From contig OX597817.1 of assembly GCA_951406725.2 (NCBI GenBank), positions 115,754,001 to 115,818,000 of the forward strand: 64,000 bases of DNA. The letters are read 5' to 3'. The translations under genes were made by a program, and so were the position numbers. This document shows, one piece after another, positions 41,524-54,367 of the stretch. Under the pieces are notes generated by a model. The model made no database searches. It was not told where the DNA came from and worked only from the letters and a program-made list of their open reading frames with translations. This stretch comes from Octopus vulgaris (Eukaryota). Positions within the stretch are counted from its first letter, which is position 1. The number at the start of each line of letters is the position of its first letter.

Positions 41524-44039
41524 ATATCTATCTATCTATCTATCTGTCTATCTATCTATCTATGTATCTATCTATATATCTATCCCTATGTGCTTACCTA
41601 TCCACATAGCTACCTACTTGTCGATCTATATCTTACTTTACTTCCTTTCTACTTTTATTTACTTGTGTTTGTTTTTTTTAGTCTTCACACGCACAGACGT
41701 ATGCACACATACACACACACACGCATATGCAAAGGATCACCCACATATGTGTATGTATGTATGTATGTATGTATGTATGTATGTATGTATGTATGTATGT
41801 ATGTATGTATGTATGTATGTATGTGTGTGTGTATGTGTGTGTGTAACACACTTATGTTGTCATGGCTGCACATATATACTTGATATTGAAAATAATATAA
41901 TAGATAGCTTCAAAATATGAATAATGTTCACTAGAAATAGCAAACGAGATATTTATCTGAATAAAAAAGAAGCATGGAAATTGTTTTTACAAACCTTGCC
42001 ACTTGAAGTCCTGTTTGCACCTAACAAAAGTGACTAACACTTCTCAATTAATTTCTTGATTAAGATGATGAAAATATAACTAAAACTGATTATCAGTAGA
42101 ATTAGTACTCTTGTCTGAGATAATTTGCAATCGAATGTAATAAATAATATGATTGATTATACTTTACTGAAATAAGAAGACGTTACATACCTAAGAAAAT
42201 GAAAATATGTATTCAATCGAAGGCTCTGCAGTCAGTGTCAAAGTCCTAACTCTAATCAGGCCATCGTTGTATCTATAAACGAGAAATATGTAGATGCCTA
42301 ATGTTACTATACATATAAAATATTTTGGTGAAAAGCATCCTTATGACTAATGTGTTACTCATCGAGAGTGATCTAAATCCGTGTGTATTCTTTTGTAAGT
42401 ACCAAAACCATTAAATTCCATATTATATCATTGCATCTCTGATTATTGCATCGTTCAATTGGAGTTGATATTGTACTAAATAATAATGACAATAACCAAC
42501 ATCATTATTTATGGTGAATTTTCTGTTGGAAAAGTTATGCCTGTAGCTGGTGAAGTTTGGGTTCCGCGAAAAGTCTACCGATTGTCATCAGGAATTGTTA
42601 TACATGATACAGATAGTGGATATTATCATTACAGGCTATTAGTAATACCATGTGTACTGTTATAGCGATAACACCCCATGACCTTCGACTGCTTATTGAA
42701 TATATTCATGAACTGCGTGCCGCTCTCACAAGCTAAGAGAAGTGATTTAATGGATTCCTATGGCTTCACTGACCGAAAATTCGACGTCACTGTTCTTGTT
42801 TAACAACAATAAATTTGTAATTTGCAAAAGGCTAGAGTAACCCATCAGATTAATGTATAATCGCTTTATTATCACACACACATACACACACATGTTTATA
42901 AATATAAATGCACACACACACACATATATACACATATATATATAGAGAGATATACCTTTTCAATAGCTGCTGAAAAGGTTGTAACTTGCAACGAAAATTT
43001 TAGAAAAATAAATAAGTAAATGAGTGGAAACTTTACAAGTGAGTGTGTTAAATTATAAGACACTAAAAGAGAATGACTCTCCCCAGACACAACAGATGTG
43101 CTTCAACACATGAACTCACATAAAGATTCTTGCAGTCCAAATCCACATGCAAGCTGTTTATTGGTTCACAAATCAAATGAATATAGCTTCAATGGGCTTT
43201 CTGTTAAAGCGACTATGATTAAAATCTTTGATAGTAGGTAATTCAGGAGATACGAGTAGTTATAATCTTTCTCATGTCTATGATGGAAGAATATGGTGTT
43301 GCAAATTTAACTCTTAATTCAAGATATTTAATGATTTCTCTTAAAGAAAATTTGTACTATACAAACAGAAAGTTCAGTCAGTGTCTAGAATTCTGCTCGA
43401 TGTTAATCATGTGTGTAGGCTTTAATCATACAAACTAATCACAAACTTTGTAAACAAATATGGAATATATAGTAAAATATGAAATATTAAGCACATAGAT
43501 TTTATGTCTATGGATTACAGCTATAAGACTATTTATATCGTTGAGATTAAATTTGTTAACGCAAAGTTTAGTATTGTGAATAAATTCTAGAAGCATGTGA
43601 TTAAAGTGAAAGACTTTTAACTACTCATATGTAGTTCATAACATTTTGTCAACTAACATACAGGTAGCTATTTAATCGTATCCGGTTGCGCTTAAATACA
43701 TGGCAAACTAAAATGTCGTGCTGCTAACGTATGGCAGGAATATGTATCGGTGAACATCACTTAATATTTTAAGGAAGTGTTCCTCTGTATCACATCACCG
43801 CGAACCAAAAGTACTTACAATGCGAACCAATAGTATACACACTTAAAAATATATAGAGAATATAAATAATAATAGGGTATGTCTTATCGTTATCCTTTCG
43901 TATCTAAGGCGAATGTTCAAATAACTTTATACTTTTATTGTATTATTGAAAAGTTAAAGATTTTTATAGATCAAATGATAAACAAAATGATAAACTAAAC
44001 AAATACACAAACAATGAAGTGGAAGACGAGTTTTGCTTC

Positions 44040-44880
44040 GAACCCGCAAACCTCGTGTCACCACTGTAACCATTAGTATAACCTTATGGACACACTATGT
44101 TGGTTCATTCATTCGCAACAAACTCATCACAGCCTTTCAACTTTTTTCCATATACATCAAATGACAGGCATTTTCTCTCCGCCCTTATTTTCTTCTTAAG
44201 GTGGTAGATGAGGTAATGGACCAGTCCAAGGCTAGAAATGAATGTGCCTGTCCCGATTCCTTTCACGCGGGTCTTCCATACCGCTTCTTTCGCTATAGAG
44301 ACCACAGCGAGAAATTAAGTCTTGCCTCCTTCGTTAAAAAAGCCAGGAGGAACAATCTTTACAATCGACTCGGAAGACAGTTGTACATTTCCAGCCGTGA
44401 CAGCAGATGTTCAATGTAAAACTACATCTCAGAGTTTGGAGGCATTGCACACTTGCGTGCAGAACGGTTTCCTTGTTCTTCTCACATCTTGGGCACATGG
44501 GTGGGCAAGAGGCACCATGCTTTGCGAGTTTATCGCGAACTGGTAAGGCTCCTCGGTAACACTGACAGGCCAGGGATCCCTGGAACTTATCCAAGGGTGT
44601 TGGCCTGAAGGTTCAGAACAGACTAGCTAGTTGATCATGATCAAAGACTAGAGACTCCCAAGGACTTAGTCACACTGAGCTTCTACCAACCCTCTATAGA
44701 AAGACGAGGGGGAACTCCCGCCGCTGGCGTTGTCCGTGTGACAGAGAAGCTTGAGTGCCTCACAAAAATCCGCTTTCCAATCGCCCAACATTGGTCTACA
44801 CTTGATCGGGTCTTTGTTCACTCATACTAGTAATGACCGAACGTACAGAAACCACACCTGTTCACCTGTTTACCTGTTCA
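44040..44880 (-). pseudogene. Tx1/L1-type LINE ORF2 C-terminal fragment
   Basis: MDKFQGSLACQCYRGALPVRDKLAKHG...CPRCEKNKETVLHASVQC and AKEAVWKTR; paralogous to 35552-35743. Confidence 0.8.
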
Positions 44881-45321
44881 GAATTTAATTGGCAATCTAT
44901 CCATGTTTAGTGTGTTTTTTAACAAAATATACCAATATTTTCCTCCTTCACACAAGGGGGAAAACTTTAACAAACAAACTGTGTTTTACACAAAGGACAC
45001 TAAACAAATTGTTTAACAACGTAACAATCCAACAGTGTAAATTCAACAAATTATCCACAAAACTTACGCCAAACCTTTCGAACAACGCACAAACAACATT
45101 CACGAGCAAGTCGGTCCAGATGATCGTAACAATGATTTCTTTATTGCCCACAGGGGGTCAAACATGGAAAAAATGGATGAAAATACAAAAGTGAGTAAAA
45201 GAAATAACACGAATTAGAAGGATGGTATAAAAAATGAATGGATGAAAAGAAGGCCACTCATTGTAAATTCATCGAAGTGACCTCATTGAAACTTATTTTT
45301 AAACACAATTAATCATTTGTA

Positions 45322-45547
45322 GCGCGGAAGATGTTTATAAAACACACACAAAAAAAACCCGTTAGATTCACTTCAACATTTAAATTTAATTTGTCAAAAT
45401 ATTTTCGTCGCTTTGAAGCCGCGACGTGTTCACTGACAAAATTCAGTGAATAGGTTGCGGTTTTTGACTAATTAAATTTAAATTTTGAAGTGAATCTAAC
45501 AGTTTTAGTGTGTTTTTTTTTAAATGGCTTCTGAACATCTTCCACGC
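45322..45547. repeat. Inverted repeat containing a variant hammerhead-like fold (45390-45440, minus strand)
   Basis: GTTAGATTCACTTCAACATTTAAATTTAATTTGTCAAAA mirrored by TTTTGACTAATTAAATTTAAATTTTGAAGTGAATCTAAC. Confidence 0.8.
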
Positions 45548-46393
45548 AGTAATTGTTTTTGTTTATGTTTCAGCACACCATCTCAGATCAAATCACTTTC
45601 TATGCAAGTACATCTCCGTAATTTATCATTTAATCATCTTTTTATATGTCCACGTTAAACTCTTTTAAACGTTCAGAATAGCTTACAGTTGACTTCAGTC
45701 TCCTGGTATCTATTTCCTTTCGGGAGATATCTACATTTATTCTGGAATTCTCTCTTAATCTTTGCGAGTTATTTCTGTTAATTAATACGCAATTAACATG
45801 CGAGGATACTTCCTGATACCTTTCAATATCGAGTTTTATCGCCTCGTCTATATTGTTTATTTCCTCGCACAAAAATCCATCTATGTTGTCATTCCTTTTC
45901 TCTTACAACGCTAGCTAGTAAATCCGAAGATCGAGCATCAGTTAAATTTGGTATATTAACCAGAGTGTACAATAGAAAAAAACTTGAAAGATGTTGATGG
46001 ATTATCGATAACTTCATTAGCTTACACGCATTTCAAATATCCGGACATGAACGAAGTTTTCCACATTGTAACATGCATACTGGATCACTCATTTCATTAC
46101 CCAGAATGACACTGAAACAGAAGATTTATGTGCCATTTCAAAGCTACAAAGTAGCATTCAAAAAATTTGGCACACGAGAAAGTAGTCCGGGATCCGTGGA
46201 GTAATATAAATACGAAAATAAATTTACACACACGAAGAACTCAGCCTTTCGTTTCCGAGTGCGATTATTTTAATTCGGCCTCTTGTACTAGTCGTCATAA
46301 TCGGTTCTTTGCTATGTTATCTTCATCTCATCCTCACCATATGAGTTGATAGTAAGATCACATTGAGTGAACATATTTAGCTTTTTCTGCAAG

Positions 46394-46600
46394 ATGGCGT
46401 GGTCAACAACGGACATAATGGAGATTGTGAAAGCGTGTGTGAAAACTAGTTTCGTTGAGCAAACGCGTGAAACATTTTTGATGTCAAGTTTCCGAGTAAA
46501 GGCGTACTGCCAAATAGAACAATATAACTGCGGGTTAAGAAGTGGTGTGCAACGGGGTCAGCGCACAAGGCCCTAAGACATGGAAACCTTATATTTCGAA
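46394..46600 (+). pseudogene. Tc1-superfamily transposase N-terminal HTH remnant
   Basis: MAWSTTDIMEIVKACVKTSFVEQTRETF, then PNRTI*LRVKKWCATGS in another frame. Confidence 0.5.
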
Positions 46601-46720
46601 TGCCGGAAGTTATTCAGGTCATTTGACAAAGGATTACTCGAAGTCCAAAGAAGTCAGCACGTAAAGTGGCATAGCAGTCCCATATCTGTAGTGGTCATAA
46701 GAAAGAAAAATAATAATACA

Positions 46721-47111
46721 TCTTTATATATAAAAGTGAAGTTGTGTGTCTGTCTCCTACGATTTAGATTCCTAACTACTCCCACATTTTGCGGTGCAGT
46801 ATAACCAAAAGCCGGTACCTTATAGTCGTGAGTCATATCGAGCCCTTCTGTGTATTAGCGCGCGTCTACGATGAGTCTACGATTAAAAAAAAATTACCAT
46901 AATTTTTTCCTATTTTTAATGCATTTTTTGGCTATTATATAAGGAAAGTAACTCTCTAAATATGTTTATTAAATCTCAGAACGTAAAAAGCTACAGTAAC
47001 ACCCCCCTTTGTGGTTAGCCATATTGAGATGGCTATTATACTTTACATCTCTAAAATGCCTATATAGTTATTTCCCTTACAAACCCGAGCAACGCCGGGC
47101 GATACTGCTAG
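46721..47111 (+). mobile_element. Non-autonomous Helitron
   Basis: 5' TCTTTATATATAAAAG, 3' hairpin CCCGAGCAACGCCGGG then CTAG, inserted between A and T with no TSD. Confidence 0.85.
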
Positions 47112-47134
47112 TGTATATATATAATGATAATTTA

Positions 47135-47862
47135 TTAAGTAACCAGAAGATGGAATTGGTATTAATCTTAATTTTGTAGCATGGTCGTTCGACCCATCCT
47201 GCTACTCTCCATTATGGTTGGGACTCCGTCCAAGATGTTGTGTTGGATCCATTTTTCACTCAGGTGCATCCATACATAACGTTGATTCTCACTAAAGATC
47301 CAGAGTTTAGACTCTCTATTTTCTTTTTTCTTCTTTTATTGTTTTTTCTTATCAACATTTATTTGTCTATTTTAAAAAATGTTTGCAATTCTTATCATGA
47401 AATTATAATAGTAATTGAAAATTGTAACAATGTTTCATTCCCTAACCAGACGGGCATATAACATGACAGCCTAAACTCAGGATATTTAGCGAGATATAAC
47501 TTTATGTATAGATGTACCTGATGAGACCCAGAATGCAAAATGGATTCAGCACATATTTAACGCAGTCTCAGCCACAAGGGACAGTACCAGGATGAGTCGA
47601 CACGACTGTTGTACAAAATAAAGATTAATAACAAATCCATATTCTGGTTACTTCATGTCTGGTTACTTAATAAATTCTAATTATCTCAACTAACACTGCA
47701 GAGTTTCTAAAATAGATCCAGCGTAAGTATACCCGGACTACGGATGACACCTGGTAGCCCAAACTGTGCTAGTGCTCACAAAGCACTTCAGCACACTAAT
47801 CGACATATAAGCATTAGTCCAAAACGATTTCGCGTAACCCAATTTTGTCCTGTTTTGCAACC

Positions 47863-47870
<8 letters not shown>
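47135..47870 (+). mobile_element. Non-coding hammerhead-bearing repeat (same family as 16340-17075) with inverted partial copy at 47135-47315
   Basis: 47135-47315 is the diverged reverse complement of 47465-47655; spurious ORFs MTPGSPNC.. and MTPGSSKC.. show homology to the 16-kb locus. Confidence 0.7.
47513..47615 (+). ncRNA. Type I hammerhead motif (degenerate)
   Basis: tgtac-CTGATGA-gaccc...gagtc-GACAC-gact-GTT-gtaca. Confidence 0.5.
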
Positions 47871-47928
<58 letters not shown>

Positions 47929-47933
47929 TTGTG

Positions 47934-48040
<107 letters not shown>

Positions 48041-48497
48041 ACATAAGAATACACCTCATAGAAGAGCAGAATGAAATAAGTGGAGCAACGACACAGCGAA
48101 GACGAAAAATGTAGCTTAAGATGTCACAGATATGTGGCGAAAGATTTCCGGACAATCGACAAGAGTTAGAATAAGAACAGTAATAAACGAGCGGAGAAGA
48201 AATATATATATAGTACGTGTGTTTATTTGGCAAAATAATATGATCATCCCGAAATACAATATCTGTTTCAACAACTCACGATTTCACATCAGAAATTCAT
48301 AATCGTATATCTATATATAAAACTAGTTATATGGCTATATCCATATATGTATGTATATATGCATGCATTTTTATATTTGTATTTATGTATGTGTATATAT
48401 ACGTATGTAGTTATGTATGTTTTTACGTATGTATGTATATATATCCATATCTATCTATCTATCAATCTATTTCTCTCTCTGTCTATTTATCTATATC

Positions 48498-48539
<42 letters not shown>

Positions 48540-48587
<48 letters not shown>

Positions 48588-48630
48588 CAGATAAACAGAC
48601 AGATAGATAGATAGATAGATAGATAGATAG

Positions 48631-48707
<77 letters not shown>
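48540..48707. repeat. Compound (TA)n-(GA)n-(GATA)n microsatellite
   Basis: Direct reading. Confidence 0.95.
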
Positions 48708-48708
<1 letters not shown>

Positions 48709-50039
48709 TGCATGTGCATACGTTTGTAATTTTCTATTCTGCTGAAGTCATATATGCCATTACTCATTGCTTCTGTAGAGGCGAATGGTATTATTTTAGA
48801 CGGTCAACGCTTACGCTAAAACAACATTAGGACAAATTTCTATATCGAACATGACTATCAGATCGATAATGTATGAAGACTGATGATCGCTTATCATGCA
48901 GCATATGCGAACGGACATGCAATCAAAGGATGTTGAGCAATCACATTCAATCTCACACGCTGCATATTCAACTAGGCGAGGGTCTTGAACCTTAAACCCA
49001 CGCCTTTTCCAATCCAAATAATACTTCACTCAATCCTACATCTTTGAGATTTAAGTACTTGGTATATATATATATATATATACGTAATACCTTGACATTA
49101 AATTACACGTGTTCTGGTTCTGCCGATTCAGATAGCGAATCAGTTCATGTAAATGATGAAGTGAAAGAAAAACTCCTGCCAGGATTTTTAGATTGCTGGG
49201 ATAATCAAAATACATGAGAGATTATCTCATTTGAATTCCCAGGTGACATATCGAATGAAATGTTGTCTTCAATCTTTACTCACGCTTTCATTCAAATATT
49301 TCTACATTTCATCTTCAAACGTCTCTCAGTCTCAATGGAATTGCGAAGCGCAGGTTAAGATTATGGAATCATATCTGTACGTCACTCTATGAATGTGTGA
49401 CACCTTAAAGTAGTTTGTCATTGATAATCCACTGCTCCGTTCTATACACTACATCATATAAACTTCTGGGTCAGCAAAGGCGATGATATCTAAGATTTTT
49501 CATCAAATTTGTTTCATATAATTCAAATACATCCTTCGGAAATTATCGTGACCTCTAACAACCCAATCCTGATTACCGCAACGGAATGACATTCTCATAC
49601 ATCACACACGATTCTGTAACATTTAAACCTGATCCCTTTTTTGCTTCAAAATTTTTCTAACATGATTTTTCTGATCAAAATATAGTTAATTCCACGAGAA
49701 ATGTTTCTTATTAAAATATGATTAAATCTATTTTCATTATTTCCGGCCCAAAATGTACATTTTACATTAATACTTCATTAAGTGTTCTTGCTAATTGTAC
49801 TTTGAATTATTTATTTACCTTCATATCCAGCTAAATGTAATTTCAATAGTATCCCAGTTATAGCTGTACAATTGCTTAATTTATGAGCCAATGTGTTCTT
49901 ATCGGTCATTGTAGGAATCAATAAATATAGAGAATTTATGCACAAGTCACTTACCGCTGTTTCTAGAATAGCTGTAAATATGGTACATGTCTCATTGAGA
50001 AAGAATTCTACATAAAAGCCAACCATTACATCTTCAGAC

Positions 50040-50760
50040 CGGAAGGATTAAGAAATATCCTTAATATACCCATCCAGGTTTAGGAAACTTCAAGGAAAGT
50101 TAGATCTGCCTCAAACAATATCAGGTTTTCACGTGGTGTGATCAGCTTGGTAGGCTTTTGGTCTGATTAGGTGTGATCATCCTGCGACGCTTTTGATCAG
50201 ATCCGGTGTCAGAAGACGTGACAGCCACCAACCAGAAAACTTCGCCATGTCATGTTCATTTTGCAGAACATTCTCAACTCTCGCATGGCAATAGAATTGA
50301 CTATTCGATTTATGGTCAATCGCCTGTCATCCCTCACCATGTGGTGAACATGATCGATGTTTTCCTCAGTAATGGCAGCTGCAGGACTCCTACACTCTCC
50401 CTTTTAGTTTAAAATTCAGCTTCTCACTTTTGTGCTGTTGATAAAGCTGGAATATTATACCCTAATATAGGAACCATGTCAACATGAATATCCTTAGGTA
50501 GTAAAACCTTTTTCCGTTGATAACAACACGGTACTAGATTTTGTCCATTTACAAAATAAGTCTCTACCAGTTATATTTGATGTCTTCTTTCAATAGTCAT
50601 ATGTACGTCTACTTGAAAAGAATGCAGTTATTAAGAATAAAAATTATTAAAATTATGCAGTTATTAAAAATAAAAACTGAAGTTAATGAATGCAAGTTTC
50701 ATAGCTCTAGCATCATTCCTTCATAGTCAGTTCGTGAACTTTTTAGCCCATACTCATGTG
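50040..50760 (-). pseudogene. Decayed mariner transposase, N-terminal half
   Basis: ITEENIDHVHHMVRDDRRLTINRI and KFSGWWLSRLLT (WVPRLLT motif); possible terminal repeat near 50727-50760. Confidence 0.75.
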
Positions 50761-50893
50761 ATGGTGTGTATGAATCTTAATTTATTAAATGAGTATTTTT
50801 CATGATAGAAAATTTAATGTATTTCTGTACATACACATGCACACACACATACGCATACACACACGTGTATATGTATGTATGTATATATATCTA

Positions 50894-50935
<42 letters not shown>

Positions 50936-51029
50936 TGTGTGTGAGTGTGTGTGCGTGTGGGTATGTGTTTGCATATGTATATGTGTATATATATGATATA
51001 TATATGTATGTGTGTGTGAATATTCTGTT

Positions 51030-51135
51030 ATTCTTTTATTTGTTTCAGTCATTTGACTTCGGCCATGCTGGAGCACCGCTTAAGTCGAACAAATCGACTC
51101 CAAGATTTATTCTTTGTATGCCTAATACTTATCCA
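51030..51135 (-). mobile_element. SINE family B, 3' fragment
   Basis: TGTTTCAGTCATTTGACTTCGGCCATGCTGGAGCACCGC. Confidence 0.75.
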
Positions 51136-51734
51136 ATATACTTTTAAATATACACACGCTTATAATGTTTATACGTATCTTTATATTCGTGCCTATGTCT
51201 TGCATATTAAAGACAAGATTGACTAAAGCGTCTTCTGTTTAAAACAGCTTAAAATTTTAAATGACGCCACTTGTAAATCACGATTGAAAGGATATTGTGA
51301 AATATTGAATGAAAGCCAAAATTTAGTCGAGGAATCAGTATAGAAATATGACATTATGACTTTTTGAACTCCTCAAATAGTCTTCAGTTGATTACGAGTG
51401 TGTATATGTACTATCGTTTATTTTTCACTTCAGGTTTAAGTCGATGATAAATCATTATTGCAATTTGTTATAATAGTACGGTGAAGAGGAATATTTTCTA
51501 CTCAGACAACTGCTTGCTCTACACTTTAATAGAAGCATTGTAGGCAGTCTTTTAGAATTAAATCGAGTTAAATACTCACACACACTTACAAATGCATACA
51601 CATATACATATGAACATAAATACAGGTACATACTTATATGTCTACACGCACAAACATACATATCCATGTATATGTGTGTGTGTGTGCGTGTGCCCGCGCG
51701 CAAGCATATATGTGTTATGTATATGTGCGTGTGA

Positions 51735-51968
51735 AGGGCGGCGAGCTGGCAGAAACGCTAGCACGCCCGCCGAAATGCGTAGCCGTATTTCGTATGCCTT
51801 TACGTTCTGAGTTCAAATTCCGCCGAGGTCGACTTTGCCTTTCATCGTTTTGGGGTCGATAAATTAAGTACCAGTTACGCACTGGTGTCGATGTAATCGA
51901 CTTACTCCGTTTGTCTGTCCTTGTTTGTCCATCTGTGTTTAGCCCCTTGTGGGTAGTAAAGAAATATA
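51735..51968 (+). mobile_element. SINE family A, full length with long tail and probable TSD
   Basis: Near-consensus copy ending GTGTTTAGCCCCTTGTGGGTAGTAAAGAAAT; TGTGCGTGTGA on both flanks. Confidence 0.88.
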
Positions 51969-52171
51969 TGTGTGCGTGTGAGTAACTTAGAAATGGATGC
52001 ATTGATGTGCTTAAACATTTCTTCTTTTCGGAAAATTTAGAACCTGTACTGGGGTGATTAATCGACTGCAATTTACCCTTCGGGATCGATGACATAAATA
52101 CCAGCTGAGTATTGGTATCGATATAATCGACTATCCTCCAACACAATTCACCGATTGTAGAAAGGATTATT

Positions 52172-52368
52172 AAAGCAGTGAGCTGGCAAAATCGTTAGCA
52201 CGCCGGGAGAAATGCCTTGCGGTATTTCGTCAGTCGTTACGTTCAAATTCCGTCAAGGTCGACTTGTCTTTTATCGATAGATTAAGTACCAGTTGCATAC
52301 TGCGGTCATGTAATCGACTGGCCCTCTCTCCCAAAATTTCGGGCCTTGTGCCTAGACTAGAAAAGAAT
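52172..52368 (+). mobile_element. tRNA-derived SINE, family A
   Basis: GCAGTGAGCTGGCAAAATCGTTAGCACGCCGGG...GTGCCTAGACTAGAAAAG. Confidence 0.8.
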
Positions 52369-52561
52369 CGTTAACAGGTATTGAATTCTTTAAGATGAGC
52401 TCTGTTCTGGAGACAAAAGTAGCATTCCGGTAGCATTACTCCCATATTTTCTCTTCCAAGCTGGCGTGATGAATTATACTAACCTAAGTTGACTCCTAAA
52501 TACATTTAACTTTGTCCAGGTTCCAGTTTCATAATTACTCTGTCTCTATCTACTCCTCATA

Positions 52562-52695
52562 GAAGGCATATCGCTTAGGAGTAAGAGCGTCGGACTTACC
52601 ATCGTGAGGTAGTGATTTCGATTCCCGACGAATAGGGCTGTGTGTTGTGTTCTTGAGGAAGACACTTTATTTCCCGTTGCTCCAGTTCACTCATT
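52562..52695 (+). mobile_element. tRNA-derived SINE, family C (5' part)
   Basis: Shares TTCGATTCCCGA...GTGTTGTGTTCTTGAG.AAGACACTTTATTTC with 62840-63060. Confidence 0.7.
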
Positions 52696-52737
52696 GAATT
52701 TGTGCTTTTCATTCTGCAATATCATTATCTTCATCGC

Positions 52738-52785
<48 letters not shown>

Positions 52786-53070
52786 GATCATCATGATCAT
52801 GATGATCATCATTATCATCATCATCATCTATACATATATACATATATATGTGTGTGTGTGAGTATATTTCTGCCTACGTATGTATGTATTTGAATATATA
52901 TGTAACTGTGTTTGTATAGGTTTGTGATTTTTGCATGTATTTAATGTATATATTTACATGTCAAATATGTGAGTGTGTATAGGCGTGTGCGCATATGAAT
53001 ATAAATACGTTACTTTTGATAGGCCTTTCTATTTCTGTTAACATGTCTGCTTGATGTTTTATTATTTCTA

Positions 53071-53166
53071 TCCTTGCTGATGAGACTGATGCGTTGCTGA
53101 CCGTAATGTATCCTGTCGGACATTTTTGGAGTGCATCCGTCGAAACATATAGAGAAAACTTCAAGA
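53071..53166 (+). ncRNA. Hammerhead-like motif with long stem II
   Basis: cttg-CTGATGA-gactgatgc...gcatccgtc-GAAAC...caag; stem III and cleavage triplet decayed. Confidence 0.45.
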
Positions 53167-53223
53167 TATAAATGGTTTAACAACATCGCTAGCGTTCGTC
53201 TCCTTATTTAATTTTTGTATGTG

Positions 53224-53281
<58 letters not shown>

Positions 53282-53297
53282 CATATATAATCATAAT

Positions 53298-53349
<52 letters not shown>

Positions 53350-53370
53350 CACACACACACACACATATAT

Positions 53371-53651
53371 ATATAATTGATATAGGATAACATTTTTATC
53401 GGGAAAAATTTTTTATCAATGGCCAGCATATCAAAAAATACCTTTAAAGGTAAAATTTATACATAATTTACAAGATAAGGGCAGAAGAAAAATTCTAATG
53501 CCAGATACGCCGAAACAAAAAAAATGTCGATAACCATTAAATTTATGCGTCTCGAAACAAACCGATAGAAATCTCTAAAAAATTCGTTATTACCGTATTG
53601 GTCCAATTTCGGGGTTTTCCCGAAAAAATTTTTATCCTATATCAATTATAT
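53371..53651. mobile_element. 280-bp element with ~36-bp inverted ends inside (TA)n
   Basis: ATATAATTGATATAGGATAA...TCGGGAAAA mirrored by TTTTCCCGA...TTATCCTATATCAATTATAT. Confidence 0.65.
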
Positions 53652-53870
53652 ATATATATATACGTACACATCGATGGCAAGGAGAGGGTGAGCTTGGATG
53701 CATGGCCGACTGTTGGTCTTCCATAAACAACTTTGCCCAGACTTGTACATTGGAGGGGAAATTTCTAGGTGTAATCACATGGTCATTCATGACCGAAGCG
53801 GGTCTTTACCTTTTACACTTTTCTAATCCCATTGACTTTGTAGTTGTCATTCTGCATCATCGTCATCATT

Positions 53871-54270
53871 AAGGCGGCTAGCTGGCAGAATCGTTAGCAT
53901 GCCGGGCGGAAGTCTTCTGAGTTCAAATTCCGCCGAGGTCGACTTTGCCTTTGATCCTTTCGGGGTCGTTTAAATAAGTACCAGTTACGCACTGGAGTCG
54001 ATGTAATCGACTTAATCCGTTTGTCTGTCCTCGTTTGTCCCCTCTGTGTTTAGCCCCTTGTGGGTAGTAAAGAAATAGGTATTTCGTCTGCCTCTACGTT
54101 CTGAGTTCAAATTCCGCCGAGGTCGACTTTGCCTTTCATCCTTTCGTGATGAAAGTTCTGGTCAAGTTCTGAGGTCCATGTGATTGATTATCCCCCTCCC
54201 CACAAAAATCCAAGCCTTGTGCCTATAGTAGAATGTATTATTATTATCATTATTATTATTATTATTATTA

Positions 54271-54367
<97 letters not shown>

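Noticed and set aside
42540-42600. Minus strand CTGATGA near 42585
   Set aside because: No matching GAAA box or stems.
48255-48300. Minus strand CTGATGT...GAAACagatattGTA
   Set aside because: A9 changed and stems I and II do not pair; at best a very decayed HHR.
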